DNA of 64,000 bases from an uncultured Chloroflexia bacterium (lineage in GTDB: Bacteria; Chloroflexota; Limnocylindria; Limnocylindrales; CSP1-4): NCBI GenBank assembly GCA_963806175.1, contig CAWDXA010000011.1:199318-263317 (forward strand). Reading direction: 5' to 3'. The notes under the pieces were generated by a model. The model ran no database searches and was not told the origin of the DNA. It saw only the letters and a program-made list of their open reading frames with translations. The number at the start of each line of letters is the position of its first letter. Positions within the stretch are counted from its first letter, which is position 1. Shown one piece after another: positions 19,067-28,750 of this stretch. A program made the translations under genes and the position numbers.

Positions 19067-20464
19067 TCAGCCGAGCCGGGCGTGATCGGCGGGCGCGCGC
19101 CTGAGATAGCGGCCGTGGCCCACCCGCCCGGTGAATTGCCCGTCGCGGACGATCACCGAGCCGCGCGACATGACGATGTCGCTCGCCCCCTGGACGACCC
19201 GGCCCTCGTAGCACGAGTAGTCGACGTCCATGTGGTGCTGCGCAGCGGAGATGGTGCGCTTGCGGTTCGGGTCGTAGATGAGCAGGTCGGCGTCAGAGCC
19301 GACGGCGATCGCCCCCTTCTGCGGGTACAGGCCGAAGAGCTTCGCCGGCGCCGTGGACATGATCTCGACCCAGCGCTCCTTCGAGATCCGGCCGCCGACG
19401 ACGCCCCCGTCGTGAAGCAGGTCGACCCGGTCCTCGACGCCGGGCAGGCCGTTGGGGACCTTCCGGAAGTCGTCCCGACCGAGGTCCTTCTGGCCGTGGA
19501 AATCGAACGGGCAGTGATCGGTGGCGACCAGCTGCAGGTCGTCCTTGATGAGCCCGTTCCACAGCTCGTCCCAGTGGTCCCTGGGACGCAGCGGCGGAGA
19601 GCAGACGAACTTGGCGCCTTCGAACCCGTTGCCCAGGTCGTCGAGCGACAGGAACAGGTACTGCGGGCACGTCTCGGCAAAGGCGCGCGTCCCGCGATCG
19701 CGCGCCGCGCGGACCTCCGCCAGGGCTTCCTTCGACGAGAGGTGGACGATATAGACGGGCGCCCCGGCCGCCTCGGCCAGCCGGATGACCCGGTTGGTCG
19801 CCTCGCCCTCGAACACGGCATAACGGGCCACGCCGTGGTAGTACGGGTCGGTCTTGCCGGACTCGGCAAGCTGCCCGGCGACCACGTCGATCGCCATCCC
19901 GTTCTCGGCGTGCATCATGATCAGCCCGCCGTTCCGGGCCGTCTGCTGCATCGCCCGGAAGATCGCCCCGTCGTCGCTCAGGAAGACGCCCGGGTAGGCG
20001 GTGAACAGCTTGAAGTCGGGCACGCCCTCGGCGACCAGCTGGTCCATCTCGGCCAACGTCGCGTCGTTGACGTCGCTCATGATCATGTGGAAGCCGTAGT
20101 CGGCAACGGTGTGGCCCTCGGCCTTGGCCAGCCACGTGTCGAGCCCTTCGCGCAGGGCATGGCCCTTGACCTGGACGGCGAAGTCCAGGATGGTCGTCGT
20201 CCCGCCGAATGCCGCCGCCCGCGAGCCGGTCTCGAAGGTGTCCTTGGCGAACGTGCCGCCGAATGGCAGCTCCATGTGGGTGTGCGCGTCGATCCCGCCC
20301 GGGACCACGTACCGGCCGGTCGCGTCGATCGTCTCGTCCGCCGTCACCGAGGCACCGGCCGGGTCGCGCCCGATCTGGGCGATGGTCTCGCCGTCGATCA
20401 GGACGTCGGCCTGGTACGAGCCATCGGCCGTGACGACGGTGCCGTTGGTGATGAGCGTGCGCAT
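19067..20464 (-). CDS. hydA: Dihydropyrimidinase
   Basis: PGGIDAHTH (HxH), FKLFTAY (carbamylated Lys), MHAENG, YIVHLS, ETCPQYL, FVCSPPLR, ATDHCPF, PNGLPGVE. Confidence 0.95.
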   Translation of the reverse strand: MRTLITNGTVVTADGSYQADVLIDGETIAQIGRDPAGASVTADETIDATGRYVVPGGIDAHTHMELPFGGTFAKDTFETGSRAAAFGGTTTILDFAVQVKGHALREGLDTWLAKAEGHTVADYGFHMIMSDVNDATLAEMDQLVAEGVPDFKLFTAYPGVFLSDDGAIFRAMQQTARNGGLIMMHAENGMAIDVVAGQLAESGKTDPYYHGVARYAVFEGEATNRVIRLAEAAGAPVYIVHLSSKEALAEVRAARDRGTRAFAETCPQYLFLSLDDLGNGFEGAKFVCSPPLRPRDHWDELWNGLIKDDLQLVATDHCPFDFHGQKDLGRDDFRKVPNGLPGVEDRVDLLHDGGVVGGRISKERWVEIMSTAPAKLFGLYPQKGAIAVGSDADLLIYDPNRKRTISAAQHHMDVDYSCYEGRVVQGASDIVMSRGSVIVRDGQFTGRVGHGRYLRRAPADHARLG

Positions 20465-20546
20465 CCGTTCCTCCTCGGTGAGGCGCCAGGGATCAGGTGC
20501 GCATTGTGGCGGATCGTGCCCGGGGCGGCACCTGTCCGCAATGGAC

Positions 20547-21554
20547 TCAGGCCGATGGGGCGACGTCGCGCACGATCGGGATGACGTCCCGGCCGTACGA
20601 CTCGAGCTGCGATTCCTCGTCGCCGTTCATCAGGTACACGTTGAACTGGTCGACGCCGGCGGCCGCCAGCTCGCGGAGCTTGGCAACGTGCTCGTCGGCC
20701 GGCCCAAGGACGCAGAACCGGTCGGTCACGTCGTCGCCCACGAACGCGGCGTTGGAGGAGCCGACTTCGGCGTGGTGGAGGTAGTCGTAACCCGATCGGT
20801 CCCGGATGTAGCCGGTCAGGTTGGCCGGCAGCGCCTCGCGCGGGTACTTGTTGACCAGGTCGACCACGTGGTTCGAGACGAGCGCCGGGAACCAGCGCGT
20901 CCGCTCCCGCCCGATGTCGCGCGGCCCGATGTACGCCGCGGCTGCGGCCTGCACCTTGATCGTCGACGGATCGCGACCGGCGGCGCGAGCCGAGTCGCGC
21001 ACCTGCCCCGCGAACCAGCGGATGAGATCCGGATCGGCGAGCTGCAGGATGATCCCGTCGGCCACCCGCCCGGTCATCGCCAGCGCCATCGGCCCGTAGC
21101 CGGCGACCCAGATGGGGAGCGTCCAGGACCCGGTCCAGGGCAGGCGGAGCTCGGTGCCTTCGTAGACCGTGGTCCGCCCTTCGACGAGGTCCCGGATGAC
21201 CCGGATGGCGTCCTCGAGGGTGCGCATCGTGGTCGGCGGCTTGCCGAGGACGCGGCGAGCCGAATCGCCGCGTCCGATGCCGAGATCCATCCGGCCGCCG
21301 GACAGCTCGTCGAGGACCGCCAGCGCGGACGCCGTGACGGTGGGCTCGCGGGTCGCCGGGTTCGTCACGCAGGTGCCGAGGCGAAGACGGGTGGTCGCCT
21401 GGGCCATCATCGTGAGCAGGACGTACGGCTCGCGCCACAGCACGTGCGAGTCGAACAGCCAGCCGTAGTCGAAGCCGGCGGCCTCGGCCTGCCGGGTCAG
21501 GGCCAGGGTCTGGTCGAGCGTGTGGTCGGGCTTGAGCGTGAAGCCGAACTGCAT
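20547..21554 (-). CDS. LLM-class putative F420-dependent oxidoreductase, CPS_4043 (TIGR03842)-like
   Basis: Mer-like LLM motifs FDSHVLWREP, VTNPATR, GIGRGDSARR, RWFPALVSNHVVDLV; sits between hydA and the nitrilase, a typical context for this family. Confidence 0.82.
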   Translation of the reverse strand: MQFGFTLKPDHTLDQTLALTRQAEAAGFDYGWLFDSHVLWREPYVLLTMMAQATTRLRLGTCVTNPATREPTVTASALAVLDELSGGRMDLGIGRGDSARRVLGKPPTTMRTLEDAIRVIRDLVEGRTTVYEGTELRLPWTGSWTLPIWVAGYGPMALAMTGRVADGIILQLADPDLIRWFAGQVRDSARAAGRDPSTIKVQAAAAAYIGPRDIGRERTRWFPALVSNHVVDLVNKYPREALPANLTGYIRDRSGYDYLHHAEVGSSNAAFVGDDVTDRFCVLGPADEHVAKLRELAAAGVDQFNVYLMNGDEESQLESYGRDVIPIVRDVAPSA

Positions 21555-21582
21555 CGCCGGGGCCTCCCGCCTCGAAACGAGA

Positions 21583-21616
21583 CGGCTCGGCCGTCCTCCT
21601 CCAGACGGCCGAGCCG
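21583..21616 (-). other. Intercistronic 13-bp perfect hairpin; loop reads UGGAGGAG on the mRNA (minus) strand
   Basis: CGGCTCGGCCGTC / GACGGCCGAGCCG with an 8-nt loop, between the nitrilase and LLM genes. Confidence 0.7.
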
Positions 21617-21635
21617 GATGGGATGGTAGCGCTTC

Positions 21636-22487
21636 CTAGGGGCGGGTAAGGTCCCCGTACGCATCGGGTCGACGGTCGCGGAAGAACTGCCAGGTATTGC
21701 GGACCTCGATGATCCGATCGAGGTCGAGATCGCGCACGATCAACTCCTCGTCGTGTGCGGAGCCCACGTCGCCGACGAACTGGCCGCGCGGGTCGACGAA
21801 GTAGCTCTGGCCGTAGAAGTCGTCGTCGCCGAACTCGGACTCGACGCCGACCCGGTTGATCGTCCCGACGTAGTAGCCGTTGGCCAGCGCGTGGCTGACC
21901 TGCTCGACACGCCACAGGTACTCGGACAGCCCACGCGACGTGGCGCTCGGGATCAGGACGATCTCGGCGCCGTTGAGCCCGAGCGCCCGGGCCCCCTCGG
22001 GGAAATGGCGGTCGTAGCAGATGTACACGCCGACCTTGCCGACGGCCGTCTCGAACACCGGGTAGCCCAGGTTGCCGGGCCGGAAGTAGAACTTCTCCCA
22101 GAACCCCTTGACGTGCGGGATGTGCGTCTTGCGGTACTTCCCCAGGTACCGGCCGTCGGCGTCGATGACCGCAGCCGTGTTGTAGTAGATGCCGGAGGCC
22201 TTCTCGTCCTCTTCGTACATCGGGGCGACGACGACCATCCCGGTCTGCTTGGCGAGGTCCTGCATCCGCTTCGTGGTGGGTCCGTCGGGGATCAGCTCGG
22301 TGTAGCTGTAGTACCTGGCGTCCTGGACCTGGCAAAAGTACGGCCCGTAGAACAGCTCCTGGAAGAGGATGAACTGGGCGCCCTGCTTCGCCGCCTCGTG
22401 GGCGCGCTCCTCGTGCTTCTGGATCATCGTTTCCTTGTCGCCGGTCCAGCTGGCCTGGACGAGCGCGCCGCGGACGGTTCGGGGCAT
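21636..22487 (-). CDS. Nitrilase-family amidohydrolase, likely beta-ureidopropionase (N-carbamoyl-beta-alanine amidohydrolase)
   Basis: E-K-C triad motifs FQELF, YRKTHIP, ICYDRHFPE; EKFYFRPGN; operon context with hydA. Confidence 0.88.
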   Translation of the reverse strand: MPRTVRGALVQASWTGDKETMIQKHEERAHEAAKQGAQFILFQELFYGPYFCQVQDARYYSYTELIPDGPTTKRMQDLAKQTGMVVVAPMYEEDEKASGIYYNTAAVIDADGRYLGKYRKTHIPHVKGFWEKFYFRPGNLGYPVFETAVGKVGVYICYDRHFPEGARALGLNGAEIVLIPSATSRGLSEYLWRVEQVSHALANGYYVGTINRVGVESEFGDDDFYGQSYFVDPRGQFVGDVGSAHDEELIVRDLDLDRIIEVRNTWQFFRDRRPDAYGDLTRP

Positions 22488-22563
22488 CGGCAGGGCACCT
22501 CGCACGCTGGTTCGAACTGGGAGTCGAAGCGGGGAGAGGGTACACCGCGCGAGGCGGTCCCGA

Positions 22564-22953
22564 TCAGTCGGGCAGGGCCTCCGTCCGCCGCCGGTTGTAC
22601 CACTCGGTGAACTCGCGGCAGCGGCCCTCGGCATCGAACCGGCAGACGAAGATGTTGGCGAACTCGCGGTCGACCGCCGACTGGTCGTCGGTCAGGTATC
22701 GGGTCCGGCCGTGGGCGACGCAGACGTCGCGATCCACCGCCAGGACCTCGTAGTCGGCCTCCCATGATCCGGGCGCGTCGGGGTCCGTGAGCCACGCGGC
22801 GACGACCGCGGGACGGCCGACGACCGCTTCGCCGAAGGGATCGAAGGCGTAGCGAACGTCCAGGCTGAAGAGGTCGCCGATGGCGGTCGGGTCGGCCAGC
22901 CGCCAGGCGTCGACGTAGCGGTCGAGCCAGGCCTTGAAGGCGGCGTGGTCCAT
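22564..22953 (-). CDS. SnoaL/NTF2-like protein
   Basis: AWLDRYVDAWR...LFSLDVRY...GRCREFTEWY. Confidence 0.8.
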   Translation of the reverse strand: MDHAAFKAWLDRYVDAWRLADPTAIGDLFSLDVRYAFDPFGEAVVGRPAVVAAWLTDPDAPGSWEADYEVLAVDRDVCVAHGRTRYLTDDQSAVDREFANIFVCRFDAEGRCREFTEWYNRRRTEALPD

Positions 22954-23045
22954 GGCAGCCTCCTTATCGAAGCGCGTGCGGTCACGGTAGCATCAGCGTC
23001 CAGAGCGGTCGCGTTCCGGCCGATCGACAGCCACAGGAGACAGAC

Positions 23046-24470
23046 GTGACCGAGCGAGCGAGGCTCCTGTCCCGTTCCATGGAACTCGCGACCGCGTACC
23101 TGGACTCGCTCGACGAGCGGCGGGTCGGTGGGCCGGTCGACCTGGCGTCCCTGCGGACAGCCCTCGGCGGACCGCTGCCCGACGGACCGACCGATCCACT
23201 GACCGTGGTGGAAGCGCTGGCCGCCGCCGCGGACCCGGGGCTGGTGGCGAGCGCCGGCCCACGCTACTTCGGGTTCGTGGTCGGCGGCAGCCTGCCGGCC
23301 GCCCTCGGCGCCGACTGGCTGGCCTCGGCCTGGGACCAGAACGCGGGCCTGTATGTGCTCTCGCCGGCGGCCGCCGTGGCTGAGGAGGTCGCCGGCGGGT
23401 GGTTGGTCGAGCTCCTCGGGCTGCCCAGCGGGACGAGCGTCGGGTTCGTCACCGGCGCCACCATGGCCAACTTCACCGCCCTGGCCGCCGCCCGCCACGG
23501 CGTGCTGGCGCGAGTCGGCTGGGATGTCGAGCGGCAGGGTCTCCAGGGCGCCCCGCCGGTCACCGTGGTGACCCACGGCGGGACCCATGTGACGGTCTAC
23601 GCCTCGCTCCAGATGCTCGGGCTGGGACGCGAGGGGGCGCAGGTTCGGAAGATCGCCGCGGACGGCCAGGGTCGGATGCGCCCGGATGCCTTGCGCGAGG
23701 CTCTCGCCGGGATCGACGGACCGACCATCGTTTGCCTCCAGGCCGGCAACGTGAACACGGGCGCGTTCGATCCGTTCGCCGAGTTGATCCCGATCGCCCA
23801 CGAGCACGGCGCGTGGGTCCACATCGACGGCGCGTTCGGGATCTGGGCGGCGGCCGTGCCGTCCCTGCGCGACCGGATGCGCGGCCACGACGCAGCCGAT
23901 TCCTGGTCGACCGACGCCCACAAGTGGCTGAACGTCCCGTACGACTCCGGGCTCGTGTTCGTGCGCGACGCGGCCCCGCATCACGCCGCGATGGCGCTCG
24001 GCGCCGAGTACTACATCGAGACGGCGGGGGCCGAACGAGACCCCTACAACTGGACGCCCGAATCGTCCCGGCGGGCGCGGGGTTTCGCGGTCCTGGCGGC
24101 GCTCCGCTCGCTCGGGCGGTCTGGTCTGGTGGACCTCATCGAGCGCGACTGCGCCCACGCCCGGCGGATGGCCGAGCGGCTCGCGGCCGGCCCGCGCGTG
24201 TCGATCCTCAACGACGTCGTCCTGAACCAGGTGGTCGTCCGGTTCGACGGCCCCGCCGGCGACGGCGACGGCTCGGCCGGTGACGCGCGGACCCGGGCCG
24301 TGATCGACGCCGTCCAGCGCGACGGGACATGCTGGCTGGGCGGAACGACGTGGGCGGGCCGGGCGGCGATGCGCGTCTCCGTGTCGGGTTGGCAGACGAC
24401 GGCCGACGACATCGAAAGGTCCGCCGACGCGATCCTGCGCTGTCTCGACGGGGTCGATCACGCGGGATAG
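23046..24470 (+). CDS. Group II PLP-dependent decarboxylase (DDC/GAD family)
   Basis: PRYFGFV, HIDGAFG, STDAHKWLNVPYDSG (PLP lysine), SRRARG. Confidence 0.88.
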   Translation: MTERARLLSRSMELATAYLDSLDERRVGGPVDLASLRTALGGPLPDGPTDPLTVVEALAAAADPGLVASAGPRYFGFVVGGSLPAALGADWLASAWDQNAGLYVLSPAAAVAEEVAGGWLVELLGLPSGTSVGFVTGATMANFTALAAARHGVLARVGWDVERQGLQGAPPVTVVTHGGTHVTVYASLQMLGLGREGAQVRKIAADGQGRMRPDALREALAGIDGPTIVCLQAGNVNTGAFDPFAELIPIAHEHGAWVHIDGAFGIWAAAVPSLRDRMRGHDAADSWSTDAHKWLNVPYDSGLVFVRDAAPHHAAMALGAEYYIETAGAERDPYNWTPESSRRARGFAVLAALRSLGRSGLVDLIERDCAHARRMAERLAAGPRVSILNDVVLNQVVVRFDGPAGDGDGSAGDARTRAVIDAVQRDGTCWLGGTTWAGRAAMRVSVSGWQTTADDIERSADAILRCLDGVDHAG

Positions 24471-24594
24471 AACGTGCCGCCACGGCGGCCTTCGGTGTGC
24501 TGTAATGGCACACCAGCAGACGGGGTTTTGCCGTCGTCGTCCGTCCGGTATTCGATGAGGTCGCGGCCGTGCCGCGCCCGTCCCGAGGTGATCC

Positions 24595-25933
24595 ATGAGC
24601 ATCACGACCGCTCCAGGCTCGATGACGAGCGAGGAGATCGCCAGGCTGTCGCGGGAGCATACCTTCTTCTCCTGGTCGGTCCAGGGAGCCGTCGACCCGA
24701 TCTCGATCGACCGGGCGGAGGGCGTCTACCTGTACACGCCCGAGGGCCAGCGGATCCTCGATTTCAACAGCCAGCTGATGTCGGTCAACATCGGCCACGG
24801 CGACCGGCGGGTGATCGATGCCATCACCGCCCAGGCACTCAAGCTGCAGTACGTCCAGCCGGCGTTCGCGACCGAGATCCGCGCCCGGCTCGGCGCGAAG
24901 CTGGCCGAGATCCTGCCGGGCGACATGGACAAGGTGTTCTTCACGCTGGGTGGCGCGGAGGCGGTCGAGAACGCGATCAAGCTGGCCCGCCATTACACCG
25001 GGCGGTACAAGGTCCTCTCGCGCTACCGCTCCTATCACGGGGCGACGATGGGCGCGATGACCCTGACCGGCGACCCGCGCCGCTGGCCCAATGAGCCCGG
25101 GCTGGTCGGCGTCGTCCGCTATCCCGACACGCATCGATGGGGGGAGGCGGAGCCGCGGCCGGTTGGCCGAGAGCCTGCAGGGCCTCGAGGACGTCATCCG
25201 CTACGAGGGCCCGGCCACCATCGCCGCGATCTTCCTCGAGACGATCGTCGGCACCAACGGGATCCTGATCCCGCCGGACGGCTACATCCAGGGCGTGCGC
25301 GAGATCTGCGACCGGCACGGCATCCTGATGGTCGCCGACGAGGTGATGGCCGGCTTCGGGCGAACCGGGAAGTGGTTCGCGATCGACCACTGGGGCGTCA
25401 CGCCCGACCTGATGACGATGGCCAAGGGCCTGACCAGCTCGTACCTGCCGCTCGGCGCGGTCGCCATGACCCGTCGCGTGGCCGAGAAGTTCGACGGCAT
25501 GTACTACTCGGGCGGGCTGACCTACAGCAGCCACCCGGTCAGCCTGGCCGCCTCGCTGGCGACGATCGGCGTCTACGAGGAGGACGGCCTGATCGACAAC
25601 GCCGCCCGTCTCGACCCGGTCATGCGCGAGCACCATCGGCGCCTGGCGGCCAAGCACCCGAGCGTCGGCGCCACGCGCAACCTGGGCCTGTTCGGGATCC
25701 TCGACCTGGTCCGCCGCCGCGATCCGTGGACGCCGCTGACCCCGTTCAACGGCACGTCGGACGAGATGAAGGCGATCGGCAGGTTCTTCCGCGACAACGG
25801 CCTGTACACGATGATCGCCAACAACTCGATCCACACGAACCCGCCGCTGTGCATCACCGACGAGCAACTGGCCGAGGGCTTCGACATCCTCGACCGGGCC
25901 CTCGACATCGCCGATCAGGCGGTGACCGGATAG
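24595..25933 (+). CDS. Class III aminotransferase (probable beta-alanine/omega-amino acid transaminase); split by one extra G near 25165
   Basis: N-half LDFNSQLMSVNIGH, GAEAVENAIK, SYHGAT; C-half ADEVMAGFGRTG, MAKGLTS, GLTYSSHP. Removing one base at GTTGGCC joins the frames as ...EPRPVAESLQGLED... Confidence 0.88.
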
Positions 25934-25936
25934 CCG

Positions 25937-26890
25937 ATGACCGCCGGCCCGATCGACACCCCGTCCACGTCGACCGCGACCGAGCCGGCGGTCGAGGCCG
26001 CCCCTGGCGGCGGCGTCCATTCGCGGCGCCGGCGCGTCGCGACGCTGGCGGGGTTCGGGGTGCTCGTCCTCCTGCTGTGGGAGGTCGTCAAGGTCCTCGG
26101 CGGGGTCCCGTGGCGGTTCAAGGACGTCCTCGGCACCGGCCTGTCCATCAACTATTCGCCGCCGTTCCGCTTCCCGTTCGCCTCCGACCTCAACCTGCCG
26201 CACTGGTTCAGCATCCTCGGGGCACTCGCGGCCCCCGTGCAGCGCAGCGCACAGCAGTCGCTCGGGGAATTCCTGGTCGGAGCCGCCTTCTACACGTGGC
26301 GTGAAGCGGCCATCGGCTTTGCGGTCGGTGCGCTGCTCGGACTGGTGCTGGCGACGCTGTTCGTCCACTCGCGGCTCGCGGAGCGGGCATTCGTGCCCTA
26401 CGTGATCGCCAGCCAGACCATCCCGATCGTCGCGCTGGCGCCGATGATCGTGTATGCGTTCGGGCCCAACGTCACCTCCGTCGTGGTCATCGCGACGTAC
26501 CTGACCTTCTTCCCGGTCACGATCGCCATGATCCGCGGTCTCCGGGCCCCGGATCCACGGGCGCTCGAGCTGATGCGTTCGTACGCCGCGGGACGCTGGG
26601 CGGTCTATCGGAAGGTGCGCCTTCCCGCATCCCTGCCGTACCTGTTCACGGCCTTGAAGATCGCGGCGACCGCCTCCATCGTGGGCGCGATCATCGGCGA
26701 AGGGCCGGGCGGGATCCCCGACGGGCTGGGCCGGGCGATCATCAACTTCAACCAGCAGTACATCAGCGGCCCAGAGAAGCTGTGGGCGGCGATCCTCGCG
26801 TCCTCGCTACTGGGCATCTCGTTCTTCGTCGTGATCCGCGCGGCCGAGCTGGTGGCCCTCCGCGGACGGCCCGGAGCGGCGCAGGGATGA
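25937..26890 (+). CDS. ABC transporter permease, NitT/TauT family
   Basis: SQTIPIVALAP; EAA-like LELMRSYAAGRWAVYRKVRLPASLPYLF; GAIIGE. Confidence 0.9.
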   Translation: MTAGPIDTPSTSTATEPAVEAAPGGGVHSRRRRVATLAGFGVLVLLLWEVVKVLGGVPWRFKDVLGTGLSINYSPPFRFPFASDLNLPHWFSILGALAAPVQRSAQQSLGEFLVGAAFYTWREAAIGFAVGALLGLVLATLFVHSRLAERAFVPYVIASQTIPIVALAPMIVYAFGPNVTSVVVIATYLTFFPVTIAMIRGLRAPDPRALELMRSYAAGRWAVYRKVRLPASLPYLFTALKIAATASIVGAIIGEGPGGIPDGLGRAIINFNQQYISGPEKLWAAILASSLLGISFFVVIRAAELVALRGRPGAAQG

Positions 26891-27810
26891 GCACCATGGA
26901 TGCCGCTCGATCCACGCCGGGCTCGGCGCCGACCGACCAGGCTCCGCCCGTCGTCCGCATCGTCGCCGTCGACAAGACCTTCGTGAGCGATCGCGCGCGG
27001 GTGACCACGGCCCTCCAGGGGATCGACCTCGAGATCCGGCGTGGCGAGTTCGTGTCGCTGATCGGGCCGTCGGGCTGCGGCAAGTCCACCTTGCTCCGGC
27101 TGATCGGCGACCTGGTGGTGCCGACCGCCGGCCGGGTGACGATCAACGACAAGCCGGCCGAGCGTGCCCGTCGCGATCGTGACTACGGCATCGTTTTCCA
27201 GGCACCCGTCCTGTTCGACTGGCGCTCGGTCGAGGACAACGTCAAGCTGCCGCTCGAGCTGATGGGCTACGACGGCCCGCGCCGCACGGCGCGGGCCAGG
27301 GAGATGCTCGATCTCGTCGAGCTCGGAGACTTCCTCCACCACCATCCGTACCAGCTGTCGGGCGGCATGCAGCAGCGGGTGGCGATTGCCCGCGCGCTCG
27401 CCTTCGAGCCGTCGATCCTGCTGATGGACGAGCCGTTCGGCGCGCTCGACGAGATGACCCGCGAGCGGATGAACCAGGAGGTCCAGCGGATCTGGGAGCA
27501 GACCGGGATCACGGTCGTGTTCGTCACCCATTCGATCCCGGAGGCGGTCTTCCTGTCCTCGCGCGTCGTGGTCATGAGCGCCCGTCCGGGCCGGATCACC
27601 GACGTCATCGACATCGACCTGGCGCGGCCGCGCGGCGTCGAGACGCGCGAGCAGCGCCGCTACTTCGAGCTGGTGACTGCCGTCCGCGAGGCGCTCCGGC
27701 GGGGCGGGGCGGAGGTCGCCCTCGATTCCGACGATCCGGCCGGGGACCGGGCGGCGGCCGCCGCCGGTGGCTCCGTCGACCGGGCGGCGGCCGAGGGAGG
27801 CATCGGGTGA
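26887..27810 (+). CDS. ABC transporter ATP-binding protein, NitT/TauT family
   Basis: Walker [10 protein letters not shown], signature LSGGMQQR, Walker B LLMDEPFGALD. Confidence 0.93.
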   Translation: MSTMDAARSTPGSAPTDQAPPVVRIVAVDKTFVSDRARVTTALQGIDLEIRRGEFVSLIGPSGCGKSTLLRLIGDLVVPTAGRVTINDKPAERARRDRDYGIVFQAPVLFDWRSVEDNVKLPLELMGYDGPRRTARAREMLDLVELGDFLHHHPYQLSGGMQQRVAIARALAFEPSILLMDEPFGALDEMTRERMNQEVQRIWEQTGITVVFVTHSIPEAVFLSSRVVVMSARPGRITDVIDIDLARPRGVETREQRRYFELVTAVREALRRGGAEVALDSDDPAGDRAAAAAGGSVDRAAAEGGIG

Positions 27811-28658
27811 CGGCGGCGGTCGCCGGCCGCCCCGGACGCGCGGGCGGGCCGACGGGGCTCGCGAGTCGATCGGCGCAACGGATCGCCTACTACCTGCCGG
27901 CGATCGTCGTGTTCGTCGCCGCGATCGGCGCCTGGGAGCTGGCCGTCCGCAACATCGACCTGCGCGGCCTCCCGCTGCCGTCGCCCAGCGCGATCGGGAG
28001 GGCGCTCGTCGAGAACTGGTCGAACGGCCGCTGGCCGCTAGGCAAGGCCGCTGCCGCGACGCTGTTCGAGGCGGTCGGCGGGCTCGCGATCGGAACGGCG
28101 CTCGGGGTCGTCAACGCGCTCCTCACGGCCCGCTTCGCGACGGCGCGCGAGGTGCTCCTGCCGATCGCCGTCGGCGCCAGCGCGGTCCCGATCATCGCCT
28201 TCGCACCGCTCATGAACAACTGGTTCGGGGTGCTCAACCCGCTGTCCAAGATGATGATCGTGGCGGTGCTCGTCTTCTTCCCGGTGGCCGTCAACGTGAC
28301 CCGCGGCCTGACCCAGGTCGAGCCCTCCGCGCTCGAGCTGCTGCGCTCGTACGCCGCGTCCGAATGGACGGTCCTGCGGGTGCTGCGCCTGCCGAACGCC
28401 CTGCCGTACTTCTTTACGGCGCTCAAGATCGGGACGACGCTCAGCCTCATCGGGGCGATCATCGGCGAGTACTTCGGCGGCACCAGCGACGTGCTCGGCC
28501 GGGTCGTGGTCCAGAGCGCCAGCGCGCTGCGCTTCGACGTCAGCTGGGCGGCGATCGTGCTCGCGGCGATCGCCGGGATCCTGCTCTACCTCGTGACCGT
28601 GGCCGTCGAGCGCGCGGTCATCCCGTGGCACGCGTCAGTGCGCAGCCTGGAGCCGTAG
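27807..28658 (+). CDS. ABC transporter permease, NitT/TauT family
   Basis: VPIIAFAPL, LELLRSYAASEW...LRLPNALPYFF, GAIIGEYFG. Confidence 0.9.
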   Translation: MTAAVAGRPGRAGGPTGLASRSAQRIAYYLPAIVVFVAAIGAWELAVRNIDLRGLPLPSPSAIGRALVENWSNGRWPLGKAAAATLFEAVGGLAIGTALGVVNALLTARFATAREVLLPIAVGASAVPIIAFAPLMNNWFGVLNPLSKMMIVAVLVFFPVAVNVTRGLTQVEPSALELLRSYAASEWTVLRVLRLPNALPYFFTALKIGTTLSLIGAIIGEYFGGTSDVLGRVVVQSASALRFDVSWAAIVLAAIAGILLYLVTVAVERAVIPWHASVRSLEP

Positions 28659-28750
28659 GAGGACCTTCGCCCGGACGAGCGGCAGTGGGCGTGCCGAGCC
28701 ACCCAGCCCCCTGGTCAGCGATGTTGGCCATCTTGAACGAGGAGGAGAGG

